The position numbers were made by a program, and so were the translations under genes. From positions 98,208,001-98,272,000 of the forward strand of contig OZ024741.1 of NCBI GenBank assembly GCA_964016885.1: a stretch of 64,000 nucleotides of DNA, written 5' to 3'. The DNA is from Eledone cirrhosa. Lineage: Eukaryota. The notes beneath the pieces were generated by a model, which worked only from the letters and a program-made list of their open reading frames with translations, ran no database searches and was not told the DNA's origin. Shown one piece after another: positions 14,131 to 29,299 of this stretch (position 1 is its first letter; each line of letters begins with the position of its first letter).

Positions 14131-14326
14131 CAAACATGAGACTAAAGAGGGAAATTGAAACTCATAGGCAAACATCCTACTGTGTATACAGGTTTCTACA
14201 CGCACTTCATCACCCAATGTAACGATATATGATGATAAACTACATAGCACATTACGGAAATACAAACCTACAGATAAATTCACATATATACTGAAGTACA
14301 TTAAGATGTACGATAGTTATATATAT

Positions 14327-14433
<107 letters not shown>

Positions 14434-14764
14434 TTTATATTTGAAATATTATTGAATATTTACAAATATTCTGAAATATTGAAGAAAAAAACGACCAAAA
14501 GCTTTATAAACCTAGCTATTGTAAATGATTATATCTAACATATATAACAATATACGCAAGTACGTACACAGGTGCGAACGACTTAGGTATAGAGAGAACG
14601 TACTTAATACATTATAACCATGCACATGTCCACACAAGTCGAATTACTCTCTAAACACGCATATATATATACACACACTCACACAGATATATATATATAT
14701 ATATACATATATAGTAATAATAAATTTGAAGACTAAAATCCAAAGATGTATATATATGTATATA

Positions 14765-14871
<107 letters not shown>

Positions 14872-15271
14872 ATATACAACACGCTCATACATGCGTACAC
14901 ACACACACGCACAACGATATACATACATGCGTACATGCGTGTATCAATATAGACCAATTCACATCATTAATAGTAAAGATTTATGTTATCTACAAAATTA
15001 ATCGAAGTCGAAGATTTTAACGATGCCATAACTGCCATAAATTACTATGGCAAAGATAACATTGACTTAGTAGAACTCCAAACGTTTCCTGTATTTCGAC
15101 AGAAAACCGATAGGTTCCGATTTCTCGCAGCAATATGATGGAATGATGTAGGAAAACTTTAAGGCGGAAAGACAATAATAATGCAAGAAGATATTTTAAT
15201 AAACATTCACTATACACATTAACGAATATATTTGTGTACATATATAAATAACATACACACGTATTTATGCT

Positions 15272-15727
<456 letters not shown>

Positions 15728-17624
15728 CATGTTTGTAGGAATCAGTGCACTCAATGTATGATGCAAATGTTATAGTTTTTATTAATCAATTGGTGATTTA
15801 CTTCAATTTTATATTAAATTTGTACGTTTAATCAATCAAAATGTATCTTAATTCCTCACACCCACACACACTCACAAACACACAAGCATATACACTGACA
15901 TACACTGGCACACACACATAACCACACACGCGCACAAACACACACACGAACATATATATATATATACAGTTTTAAAATGTACATGTATGGATCTGAGTGT
16001 ATGAGTGTGTGTATGTATCAGTGTGTGTCTGTGTATGTACCAGTGTGTGTCTGTGTTTGTGTGTGTGCATATTAAATAATGAAGACGATGTTTACGTAAT
16101 GATTCTCCTTTATCTGCCTTTCAAGTGGTGAAAATATTACAAAATTCAGAAGCTAATATAACAATTATATAAACTAAAACAATACTAAGTGTAATAAAGT
16201 TCAAAGAAAACCACAGTCTGCGTTCTAATTTTGTATATAGCTGGGATTGGGAGATCTTCCATGGATAAATTAAATTACTAATAAAATAGAGTTTTCACCT
16301 TTACCATTAGCAATTTTCTAACATTCTATCTCTGGTCAGTCTTCACACTTCGTTTCTAAATACACTCCTAGCTGCATCATTATAAATATCAAAGGAACTA
16401 TAGTAAAGTAATTACCATATCATTTTGAAAACGGAATATAAAGCTGAATTTCGAAGCTATTTTGGAAAGTTATCGAATGTCGATTTTTACATTTAATCAC
16501 TTTAGTTGATTTTACGTTTAATTTCATTCCTGAACAGTGTCCTGTAAATATAATATTAAAACTCACTTTACTTTTCTGTATTTTTAATCGACTGATCTTA
16601 GTGTTTTTCTGCTTCCTTTGTTTCGTGCAAGTGAACAAGAAATCGTGTAAAAGAAATTTGAACAAAACGTTATGCTCTACAATCGTGTACATTATTGTTC
16701 CGAGTTATGATATTCTTATAGTGCCAAGCAAAATAATGACATATATTTCATATATTTGACATTGATAATATTTAATACACAAGTACGGTCAAATTGCAGA
16801 TTAATGGATTATATTTCATTCAATACCTAACAACTTGTACGGTTGATTTATTCACGACCCTTTATATGCATTTGTATATGAAATACTTGTTAATATGCTC
16901 ACTTTTTATCGATAATCAGCGCAGTCTGTATACCTTGTGCTAACAACTTCATACATCATACATATTAAACTTCTTCGTCTTCTTGAAATGTTGATAAAAT
17001 GAAGAAATGTGGAGTATACTGCACTGTAGGCAATAGCTATCGTATGGTGGATGAGACCGCCAAAGCCCGACGCATCCACAACAATCACTGTAACATCTTA
17101 AATAATAACCAAATTTGCAATCCCAACAACACAAACTACATCTAACACATGAGCATCGAATACTGAAAAATGCAAAACTACAATCACTACAACAATAACA
17201 GAAGGAACAACAATAACAAAGCACTGGATATACTCCTCAGGTTCTGATCTTGAACATCATGTGATGCAAAACTATCTATATGGAAACATTGGGGCTTAAT
17301 TGTTGAGAGACTTTTCTTGGTGAAGTCTACAAATATTGGCTGTTGAAATACCCTAATGATATGAAGATTTTCAAAGGGAAAGAATTAACTAGCAACTATT
17401 TTATTTAACAAATTATTTCCTATGTTAGCAAATCAGTGTTTTACTAACATTCTTACGTCTAATGTCAGCCAAATAGAACATTTTGGATCTAAATATAACT
17501 TCTTGAAGTTACACTTTTGTTGGAAGTGTACAGTGGAAAACTCATGCCTCACACGCGTTCCTAAGTTCTTCAAATCTTAGCATATTTCTTTCATGCTGCA
17601 CTTCCTAAATACCGTAATCTTAAT

Positions 17625-17805
17625 AATTGTTTCTACTTTAGGCACAAGGCCAGCAATTATGCAGTACATTACTGGTACTTTATTTTATCGACCACGTAAG
17701 GATGAAAGGCAAAGTTAACCTCGGCGGGATTTGAACTCAGACTGTAAAGGGACATAACTATGCTAGAAAGCATGGCGTCCAACCCTCTACCGATACTGCC
17801 AATTC
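17625..17805 (-). mobile_element. tRNA-derived SINE S1
   Basis: B box GAGTTCAAATCCC plus conserved core GCCGAGGTTAACTTTGCCTTTCATCCTTACG, which resembles the Meta-SINE domain. Confidence 0.85.
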
Positions 17806-19273
17806 ACAATATTTATAGAATCAGTTTATAACATCATTTCAGGGATTTGCTTCACCATTGCAATATGGATTGTGAAATTTTCTAAAACGCATAACTTTAC
17901 CTTGTTCTCTGAATTAGTTTTCATTTTAAGCACCTAGCTGTACGAACATTAGTCATGTTTGAAAGTACGCAAAAATACTATTACGTTTGCTTATTAACTT
18001 TTCTACATTCCTTTTTTAGCAAAGGCGCAATAATATTCACAGGCAATGGAGCCAATTACATTTTGCAATATATATATACACATATACACACAAATACAGG
18101 CTTCATTTTCATCTCATGCACACATTCATTTATTCTTCATTTGCAGTTTGCTCACACATTCATGTAAACATCACTTTTAACTTACATATATATTAGAGTG
18201 AGCTTCGATAGCGTCTTAGGTTTACATCATGCAGATCCTACTTGCATTTTCCGCAGACATCATGCAGAACGTCACTATATATATTATGTTTATTAGATTC
18301 TAAACTCACTCACCATGTATACAATTCATTCTTTTCAGTGTATATTTATATATATATATATATATATATGTATCAACGTTCGATATCCTCTGTGTTTTGT
18401 TTTATATTGAAATTATTGATTGACGTTGATGAAGATATCTAGAATTAGATTAATGTAGAAACACAATTCTGATCGTCGTGCAAGATAAAACGGTTTGGTA
18501 GTTCACCGGTTTTATTAGCTTGTTAGTGATTAGTCATCCGTCAACAATATCAGCTATATGATGTATTTCTGTCCGTGTCTTGTTATCTTCCTTCGCACTC
18601 TTTTTCACTTGGCAACGGCCAATTTGAGCAGCCGTCTGTTTCTCTTTTAAAAGCAGGCCATCGCAAAAGCCGTAATACAGTATAGATTCACCTCACTTTT
18701 GAGCTACATTAGATAACATGCTGCGTCTAAGCTAAATAAGAAACCATTTGTCGATTTCTATTTTGACCAAGTTAAAACACATACATTAATATTTTTGTTT
18801 CTCTGTTTCTTTTTGCTCCATTATTCGCCTGCATCCATTTCACTCAAGAGAAACTTGAACTCAAAATACATATTTTTACGTTATTTCTACAACATGGAAT
18901 TTCATATTTGACCTTGCTATCATGAACAAATGCAATATAGATCTCATTTTTAGAATGCTTTAAATGACACTTGCTTATGGATATATGATTTTCTGCCCAA
19001 TCATTACTTCTGTTTCGCAGTCTGCAGTGCCGTCCAAAATTATATTCCCAACATTTTTAAGAACATATATGGTTTAACTGCTTTAAACTCCATTGTCCCT
19101 TCCTTCGCAAGATGTTTACAGTTCCTATGACACGTGCAAAAATAAGCGAAGACTGATATAAATAGTTTGATTTTCGCTATCATTGTGGATACCTTTATTT
19201 TCTACGACTGTAACCAGTTCGGAATGAATAACCTTTTTTTTCTGTTTACATTTTTTCTATTTTGCTGATTAAT

Positions 19274-19445
19274 AATTGTTTCTATTTCAGGCACAAGGCC
19301 AGCAATTACCCAGTAGTTTATTTTATCGACCCCGTAAGGATGAAAGGCAAAGTTAACCTCGGCGGGATTTGAACTCAGATCGTAAAGGGACGTAACTATG
19401 CTGGAAAGCATGGCGTCCGACCCTCTACTGATACTGCCAATCCAC
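19274..19445 (-). mobile_element. tRNA-derived SINE S1
   Basis: Same core and B box. Confidence 0.85.
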
Positions 19446-19560
19446 CACCCACCACCCTTTTGCTGATAAATAATGAATGTTCAATGGTAGAAGAATCAAG
19501 TTTTATTGACAACGCCCTCTATACACAAGCCCTGTTAATTGTTTACAACTAGCGTAGCAA

Positions 19561-19631
<71 letters not shown>

Positions 19632-19822
19632 AATACATAATCGGAGAAAGCTAAAAGCGATACATATATACATATTTCTTTGGGGTTTTTGTGGTGGGGA
19701 CGGGGCATTTTTTTATATAATCAAATCCCCCTTCTTCAGATTCTCAATCGTCTTCTCTTTCTCCTCCTTTCCCATCCAAACAAGAATCTATACCACTATC
19801 AAAGCTGCTGTAGTTGCTACTG

Positions 19823-19823
<1 letters not shown>

Positions 19824-19897
<74 letters not shown>
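19824..19897. repeat. (ACT)n microsatellite
   Basis: Seen directly. Confidence 0.97.
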
Positions 19898-19898
<1 letters not shown>

Positions 19899-20897
19899 GT
19901 TTTACTTTTTGTGTGATGATATGCCTTTTGCCTAATCTCTCACCCGCCTGTTTACGTCTATTCTGCACTCCTATTAATCATCGTGACAATGGTCGGCAGC
20001 AGAAGAAGCAGCAACGGCAGTAACTTACACTTTTGTGAATGTCATTCCATACTAACTTCCATCTATTTGTCACCATCATAATTTCAACAATAGCACCTCA
20101 CCTCCTACCACGATCAACATTCACACCAGCAACAGCAGCAGCAGAGAAGCAGCAACAACAACAATAACGACGCCCCGACCAATATCTCCGCCAGCACCGT
20201 CATAATAATTTTCTAATCATCATATATCACAACTTATAGCCCTTTTCTTTACCATAGTAACCAAGACATGGAATCGCTCCAAGAAAGGGGTGAGAAAGAG
20301 AGGAGAAAGAGTGAAAGAGGTGAAGATGCATTAATTTTCACACATACCCCTTGTTGTCAAAAGACATTGTTGTTCCTCTCCCCTCTTCCTTTTCCCCATG
20401 ATATCCTGACAACACGAGTTAGAGAACACTCTGATGAAAAATAGACAACAATGACCGCTATTTGAACCCTTAATGTCAAATAATCATGATCGGATTGATT
20501 GCGCTGTTGTAAATTTTCGTTTATTTTATATATTCTCCAAAGTTGAGGACAAATTTTAAGCCCTTTGTTTTGGGTGATCTTCATTGGTTATTGCTCTATT
20601 TTCTTTTAGCATGTCCGGAATCATTGACATACAATCAGAGTCGTTCTACCAGTAACCATACTGTACTTTCGTATAGCTATAACAACAATGTTCTATGTTT
20701 ATGACTTGTTTAAATGCGCTAGGATGTGAATGTTGATTACAGTCCAATCGTTTCGCTCTGCTAGACACTTCATGCATATTACGAAGATTTCTGTCAACAA
20801 AATAGAAACAACAACACTGAAAACCACATTGGACTTATAGAAGGCACACAAGGCTGTGTTCAGTAATTCAGTGACGCTGCGAAATAAAACTAATAAT

Positions 20898-21298
20898 AAT
20901 TGTTTCTACTTTTGACACAAGGCCACCAATTACTCAGTGCATTACTGGTACTTTATTTTATCGACCACGTAAGGATGAAAGGCAAAGTTAACCATGGCGG
21001 GATTTGAACTCAGACCATAAAGGGCCGTAATTCTATGCTGCAAAACATGGTGTCCGACCCTCTACCAATGCTGCCAAACCACCAATAATGGTTTCTTATG
21101 TTGGCACAAGGCTAATGATTTTGGTAGGAGGGGTAAGTCGAGTAAATCGACCTCTGTACATTACTGGTACTTTATTTTATCGACCCCGTAAGGATGAAAG
21201 GCAAAGTTAAATTCGTCGGGATTTGAACTCGGAACGTAAATGGCTATAACAGTATGTCGCAAAGCATATTGTCCGATGCTCTACCGATACTGCCAATA
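20898..21298 (-). mobile_element. Two tandem SINE S1 copies
   Basis: Core repeated at about 20940-21010 and 21160-21230. Confidence 0.85.
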
Positions 21299-21606
21299 TA
21301 ATAACATTAACAGTAATACTAATCATTGTTATCTATTGGTCACAAAGACATAGGATATAATACAAATATATATCACACAGAAAATGTTCAAAACATGTGG
21401 AATACAGATACAATGAAAGGCGATTAGGGCAAGAAACAATACATGTAGAACTGGTCATAATTTTAATACAATCTCAATAAACAAACTTACACACAAAAGA
21501 AGGGAAAACCAAGTCATGGGCAGGATCAGATCATTCACTGGTCCTAATTATATTCCATCCCTCTTCCTGCTACAAACTACAAACCGAATTCAATATTTGC
21601 CCCGCT

Positions 21607-21705
21607 CGGGTCGATAAAATAAAGTACCAGTCACGCACCGAGGTCGATTTAATCGACTTTGCCCTCCTCCAAAATTGCTGGCCTAGTGCCTATATAAGAA
21701 AGCAA
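21607..21705 (+). mobile_element. SINE S1 3' fragment
   Basis: GGGTCGATAAAATAAAGTACCAG...AATTGCTGGCCTAGTGCC. Confidence 0.75.
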
Positions 21706-22225
21706 TATTTGCTCTGCTCAATGTTGTATGTATATCAAAAGTGGAAATATACAATCAAATCTCAAAGGAGGGTAGAAAGAAACTTATAGATTGTGATTGC
21801 CAGCCACAGAATGAGGCAGTTGCTCAATGTCTATATTATGCAAAACAAGTGTTAAGAGTTAGGTCAAAGCGTGGAAAAAGTTAGTGATGCATTTAGGAAA
21901 TAAGCAGAGCATGTACATTCAAATGTATTTTGAAAAAAAATCAACCTACTTTCAATAAAAACATATTCAATCACTTACAATTTTTCTGGTAGATTGTTAA
22001 ATGACTTCGTCTTGGTGTCGCAAAAGACCAGCTTGCTTTGTTTTTAATGCGAGCGATTCATACGCAGGCAGGTATTTTGGGTATGGATCGCTCGAAGTCC
22101 GTTCATTAATAAAAACTAGTTGATCGTTTGCGACACACTAATTCATTTCACAATCTACCAGAAACAATTGTAAGTAATTAAAAGTGTTTTTATTGCAAGT
22201 AGGTTGATTTTCTTCAAATATTTTT

Positions 22226-22316
<91 letters not shown>

Positions 22317-23538
22317 GGAGTGTATGTGTATACCAATTGATCGGTTTCCAGTTATCTTCAAGTTATATCAATTTAAACATATATCGGTGAGATATGCAAG
22401 ATATTGTGTATTCCGTCAACACGTTACAAATTGTAGCCATGTCTTCCCCGAATCATACATAATGTTGTTATAAATACATTTTATCTGCATGGAAACGGTG
22501 TTTGTCGCTACTAGTATACTTTGAATTCTATGTCAGACAGGTCAAGTCTGACTTACTAAAATTAACTGCTAGCAAGCGAAAAATAATTTATTTATACTTG
22601 TTACATATAGCGATCATCTGAGCATCACCGTGGATCCTATTAACCGTCAACGGTTAAGATTAAAAATAACATTAATGTTGTGTCATAAACATGACCCAAC
22701 ATATTCAACACCAACTGCTACTAACTTAATATAGAAGAATAGATAACATAAATCTTTATATTTATTATAACGTTATATAAAATAATGATAACAACAATAA
22801 CGATAATGATATTAAAATAAAGGTCAATTTTGCTGACCTTTGGTTGTTTACGAACTCAGTGAAGAAGCAAATGATAATCTAGGACACGGGTTTATTAAAA
22901 GAGAAGTAATAATGTTAATCGATCGAGACCTGTGTAGGGGGCATGTCTGTACCGGATATATACCAGAATTCAATGCGTCAATACATTAATTTGCAACGAT
23001 AAGATCCAAAAGCTTCCTTGAAAGTAATTTTGAGAAGATGAAAAGCATGTACTTACCTTTTTGCAGAATTATTTTACGAATCATATCTTCAAACTTCTTC
23101 CCATTTCCTGTACGATGGAAATTTTGCAGAATAATGAAAATCGATTACTAGATTACAAAACCGTAATAGAACATTTTAAACTATTTATTAAATGGAAGTA
23201 GTTCAGTGCATCAAAAAGAACCAGACCGACATAAACCATAATACTGATAAGTATTTTAGCTTAATATATATATATATATATATATACATACATGTGTGTG
23301 TGTGTGTATGCGTGTAGAGAGACAGTTTGTTTGTGTGTCGGTGTGTGTGCTTCGGTGTCTATGGTAAGATTCTCGTTTGTGTCTGTGTTTTTATCTCTGT
23401 TTGTTAAAATTTAGAATGATAAAATATGTACACAACTGGAAAATGTACTGAAGTCGATATAATCGACTAAATAATGACGTTGGTCCAGCATAACCCCCGC
23501 AATCTAATGACTGAATTGAGTAAAATAATAAATGAATA

Positions 23539-23582
<44 letters not shown>

Positions 23583-23681
23583 ATATATATATATATATAT
23601 GCTCAAGGGTTCTTATATATTTGATATATATTTATCCTTATCGAGCCCTCTTTGGATTTTAGTCTTCACATTTATTATTAT

Positions 23682-23769
<88 letters not shown>

Positions 23770-24628
23770 CAATGATATTAAATAAATGGAAACTATATTT
23801 ATAAAACCATATTTATTCTATTATATATTTCAATGGTACCAAAACTTTGGTTCGCTCTCATCAGATAAAATACAAAGTTTGTTTATAGATTTTGACATAT
23901 CCAGGAAGAAGATCTTAACGTTTCAAATTTTTCCTGTATTTTGTCTGATGAGAGCGTACTAAAGTTTTGATACCCTTTAAATATATATAATAGAATAAAT
24001 ATGGTTTTATAAATATAGTTTCCATTTATTTAATACTAGCAGTGGTACCTGGCGTTGCACGGGATAAGGTATTTTGGAACGCGGGCCGCCAACAGACCTA
24101 ATTGTGGAAAAACTGCATGCATGGACAATATGTAAAGAAAATAAACCGAATACTCTGATTGCTGGATAATATTTAAGATTTTCCACGATGAAGCAGGAAA
24201 AATGCAGGTTTTTCACCTAATGCGGGCCCTATGCGATCAAGAAAATGATTTTTTTTATGTGAATAATATGCCTTGAAATTTCGGGGAAAACGGCTAGACG
24301 TAACGCCTCAAAAAACCTTAAAAAGCTGAACAAATGAAGCTTTTCACCTAATGCCGGCCCTAGGCCATAAAAAAGTTGGATTTTCTTTGCTCACGGTATG
24401 ACGGGGAGATTGACTAATACATAGTTACAATTTCAAGGAAATCAGTCTGATGTAACAACTTTAAAAACCCCTAAAAACCTGAAAAAGCGCAGTTTTTCAA
24501 CTAATGCAGGCCCTAGGGCATCAAAAAGTTGAATGTGCATAACACTCCGTGAAACAGAAGTAATACACGTGTAAAGTTTGAAAAAAGTCGGTTGGGTACT
24601 TCTCGAGTTTTAGGTATTCAAACTCACA

Positions 24629-24686
<58 letters not shown>

Positions 24687-25115
24687 CACACACACACACA
24701 CACACACAAATCCTCAGGGAAGTGACGTAATGCAGACATCCAGATATACAGACAGATATTATAAAGGCGCGACGTTATATGTATGTATCTATCTATCTAA
24801 AAAGAGAAAGACTAAGAATTATAGAGAGAGATCACTAACTCACCTAATGCGGTCCCTAGGGCATTGAAAATTTGAAATTTGTTTGCTCAGACACTCCGTG
24901 AAACATAAGTATTACATGTGTAAAGTTTGAAAACAGTCAGTTGGGTGTTTCTCGAGTTTTAATTTCAAACTCACACACACACACAGACAGACATCCTCAG
25001 TTTTATATATATCGATCATTGATATTATACTCCAGAAAACCAGTCGAGTGCTTCGATTCAGTTGTAAACATATATAATTGTTGAATTACCAACAAATTAA
25101 ATATCCCTTTTACTT
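23770..25115 (+). mobile_element. Short non-coding fold-back derivative of the Penelope-like family at 54082, interrupted by a Helitron
   Basis: Arms 23770-23873 and 23935-24035 (continuing at 25016) match the termini of 54082-57009; tail 25016-25115 resembles 56913-57009; CTGATGA core at 23945. Confidence 0.8.
24036..25015 (-). mobile_element. Non-autonomous Helitron
   Basis: Minus-strand 3' hairpin CCCGTGCAACGCCAGG plus CTAG at 24036-24039; 5' TC at 25014-25015; inserted at TTAATA^TCATTG with no TSD; internal repeats of CTAATGCGGGCCCTA. Confidence 0.88.
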
Positions 25116-25127
25116 ATATATATATAT

Positions 25128-25480
25128 AAGGAAAAAAGGTGAAATCGAAAATGCAACTGGAGTCTTTTTTTTTTTTAAATATATTTACCTGTTTCTCGGT
25201 TCTTGTGCTTTTCAAAAGTAGAATTGAGATGAGGGGTTTGTGGTTTTTCTCACATCACATATGACAAAACCCACAAACCCCCCATCTTAATTCTACTTTT
25301 GAAAAGCACAAGAACTGCGAAACCGGTAAAGGAACCAAATAAATATATTTAAAAAAAAAAGAATCCACTTGCATTTTCGATTTCATCTTTTTTCTTTATA
25401 CTTTCACTCGTGTAGGACACCTCGATTTTTTTTCATTTTGTAAAATAACCTCACTTTCTAATATATATATATATATATAT
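25128..25480 (+). mobile_element. Fold-back-plus-tail element with an eroded hammerhead-like core
   Basis: About 25128-25250 is inverted at about 25263-25400; CTT-TTGAAAA-GC...GC-GAAA-CCGGTA-AAG at about 25296-25332; flanked by TA runs. Confidence 0.7.
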
Positions 25481-25574
25481 ATGCAGTGTTGAAGAGATGA
25501 TTTCAGCGAGATCATGCGGTAGATCTATAATTTTTGTAGTAAATTTTCGAAGATCCTAAATGAGCTACAGTAAT

Positions 25575-25710
<136 letters not shown>

Positions 25711-26683
25711 GCGTGCGTGTGCATGCGTGTGTGTTTTAAACAGCGAAAATAAAAGAAAAGGCGGAGATAGATTCTTAACTATTTCATTGATTTACGACAG
25801 TTTCGTCAATGAACAATACTTTTTTCCTCAGATTTTTCTGAGAAACTCGGTGAGATAAATCTACCATATCGATTTATCATTATCAACCAACCCTCTGAAA
25901 CGGTCGTAAAACAATGAACTATTTCAGAAATTGTCTTCGCTTTTTGTCTTCATTTGATTGTTCAAAACAAACACCACCCACACACACATACATACACACT
26001 CATACACTTATATATATATATATTAACACATTAAAAGTTCATCAGTCTTAGCATAAAGAATAAATAATTCTGAAGAATTCGAAATAGTCGTTCTTTACTT
26101 CCCTATATCTCATGAGTGAAATATTTCATATTGTTTATACAAAACATATGAACATAAGATATATAATTTGCTTTCATATCGTTGGGGTTTATATTCGTCG
26201 GAGTTATTGTGTCAAACAGGTATATATGGAAATTTCAGAGAAAGTTAGTAGTCTAATTTGTGAGAATTAAACTGCCGACGCATAATCATTCACAAAATTG
26301 AAAACGTCATTTTAAATAAACTTAAATATAAACATAATTTGAGAATATATGGACTGATCCAAAATATAGCACATTTGTTTTTGTTGTTTTTATTGTTGTT
26401 ATCTCAACTTTGGCTATGGCATTTTATTTTTTATCCAACATTATGCATTTAGGATCATATTATATTTCTCCTTATTCATTTAAGAGAAAAGATATGAGAG
26501 AGAATTGGCTGCTATTTCTAGTAGGTCAACCGACCGTGTAGCATCTCCGTCATTTACACGAAGTGTATTTGTTAATGTTTAACTGGGAGGAGATAGCTAA
26601 GTTATATCTAAATTCACACACATATATGTATTAAATATGATGATTTCTGACGAATGAAACAGTTCTAGTGCTGTAGAAGCTTT

Positions 26684-26744
<61 letters not shown>

Positions 26745-26776
26745 GTATTTATGCATCTATACTTGTATTTATACGC

Positions 26777-26816
<40 letters not shown>

Positions 26817-26862
26817 CTATATATGGTTTCTTATATATATATATATATATATACCTCTATAT

Positions 26863-27065
26863 ATGGTTTCTTATTTAGGCACAGAGCCAGCAATTTGGGA
26901 GGAGGGAAAAGTCGATTAAATTGACCCCAGTGCGAGACTGGTACTTTATGTTATCGACCCCGTAAGGATGAAAGGCAAAGTTAACCTCGGCGGGATTTGA
27001 ACTAAGAATGGCAAGGGCCGTAACTCTATGCATCAAAGCATGGCGTTCGACCTTCTACCGACACT
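26863..27065 (-). mobile_element. tRNA-derived SINE S1
   Basis: Core present; a further fragment lies at 27408-27497. Confidence 0.8.
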
Positions 27066-27074
27066 GCTGTGGCA

Positions 27075-27300
27075 GAATCGGACTACTTTCTAGTAGCACG
27101 TTAATTTTATCTAAAGACATATTTTTCAAAAAGCCAACCCGCCCGTCCCCTCAATCTATCTTATTTCTCATTCTTTCTTCTATTGAAGGACTAGCATCCG
27201 AAACGTTAAAACTCTCTTCCTGCTATATCAAGCGTTAACCTAATATATCCCTTCCATATACTGTACCGATTGTGTTGTTATTTCTGTTTACCTTTTACAT
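27075..27300 (+). mobile_element. Family B repeat (putative PLE pLTR end) with degenerate hammerhead
   Basis: CTATTGA-AGGA CTAGCA TCC-GAAA-CGTT at 27180-27207; homologous to 47384-47600 and 53836-54062. Confidence 0.7.
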
Positions 27301-29299
27301 ATATATATATATATTCACTCTTTTACTATTTTACCTGTTCCAGCCATCCGGTTGAGGCCATGCTCAGGCACCGCCCTTATATATATATATATAATAATAA
27401 TAATAATGGTTTCTACATTTGGCACAAGGCCAGCAAATAACCAGTACATTACTGGTACTTTATGTTATCGACCCTGTAAGGATGAAATACAAAGTTAATA
27501 ATATCTATATCGATCTGGCCCGATTCTGGAATCAAAAGCTCATCGGACCTCTGTTGTAGTAATTACACTCTGCCTAGCTCTACACCTCGATACTGAAGTG
27601 AACCTAAACATCGAGTGCTACAGTAACTTCGCATTACACACCCTGGATATATATATGTATGTATATATATATATATATATGTATATACATATATATATAT
27701 AAGCAAGTATTGCACAGATAAAAACAAATATATATATATGTGTGTGTGCGCGCGCGCGTGTGTATGTATGTGTGTGTGTGTGTGTGCGTGTGTGTGTGTG
27801 GGTGGGTGTGTGTGTGTGCGCGTGTGTGTGTATTCCGGTATATTCCATACAGAAAACCAGTGGTAGATGTTCTACAATTAGATACAGTGATAGATGGATA
27901 GAGAAAATATGATATATACATATAGAGAGATAAATAGAGAGATAGATAGAGAGAGAGAGAGGTGGAGAGGGGTAGGGGGATAGAGAGTCAGAGCTTTCAC
28001 CATCATGAGATCACAGAGATATGCTGAAGCACATCTCGCTTACACAAGCCAGACGTCTCTCAGAAGCAAGCGTCGAACACAAAAGTGTGTGATGAAAGAT
28101 ACTTTTTAAATTGGTTTCAGTCACCATTCTCTCTTCTCTCCAATAAATGCGGCCTCTCCGCCCCATCAATAACCTCTCTAACCGCATGGATATTTCCCTA
28201 ATTTCGCTAAGTGTTGATTGAATTACTAAAAATGCACGAATGAATACATGAATGGCTGTGACTGAACCTCTTTAAAACCTTAATTGATACAGTCCTGATC
28301 TCCAATCCTAGGAAATTTATGAATATTTAACCCCGTTCCTTTTTTTCAGAAGCATATGTGTTACATTATGATAATATTGTTTTGTTGAATGTTTTAGTCT
28401 GTGTGATGGCAGCTTCACACTAAATTCAAGGCAGAAACAAATATTTCAAATAAAATCATTAAAGACATCCGCCTTCTTTGCTATCATAAACACCATCAAA
28501 TACTCCCAACTTCACACATAACATCAACAATAATACCACACTAAAAACAAAAATTGATAACAAATTCTTTCTCCACTACCAGCATCACAACTCTCAACAT
28601 GGTCAAGACTATTGCAAAACAATTACTATCTTAATATGTTAGCACAACCACCATTATGCCACCCCTCGTTCTGTTACTATTAGTTCCTTCACATCCACCA
28701 CTACCAATGTCACCACGACTATATTAAAACAATTACCACTCTAATATGTCACCGCATCACGGCCAATACCAGTACCCCTACATCTAGTAATACGAACAAA
28801 CTCGGCATTGTCGTTAACCCTATCACATTTACAACTATCCCTACTACAAAATAAACTACAACCCAATTAGGGCTACGTCTATATTAATAGCCGCTAGAAC
28901 CATCACCATCACCATCAGCCTTAAAACACATTTCTATAAAAGCAACTATTTCAATCATAGAAAAATCAAAACGCCAAACCCAAAACATCACCATGATCAC
29001 AATATAGAAAAGCCAAACATCACTAAGTCTATTACACCCATCCACTTCCACTTTTAACACGACGCCACCACAGAAATCACACTCCTGCCATTACAAGATA
29101 TTCATCACTACTCTAACCACTACCACAAATAACAGTATGGAGAATAATTGGATTGGGTGGTGTCATTTACTGGGGAATTAGCGAACATGTCATTTCCGGT
29201 TGTGACAGTGCATATTTGAGAATTGAAATGCTGTTGAGTCGCAGTGGTGGTGATGGTGGTGTGGACATCACATACTGTTTTAATTGCTGTTTTTTAAGT

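Noticed and set aside
26645-26670. CTGACGA-AT-GAAA mini core
   Set aside because: No stem II and no convincing stem I
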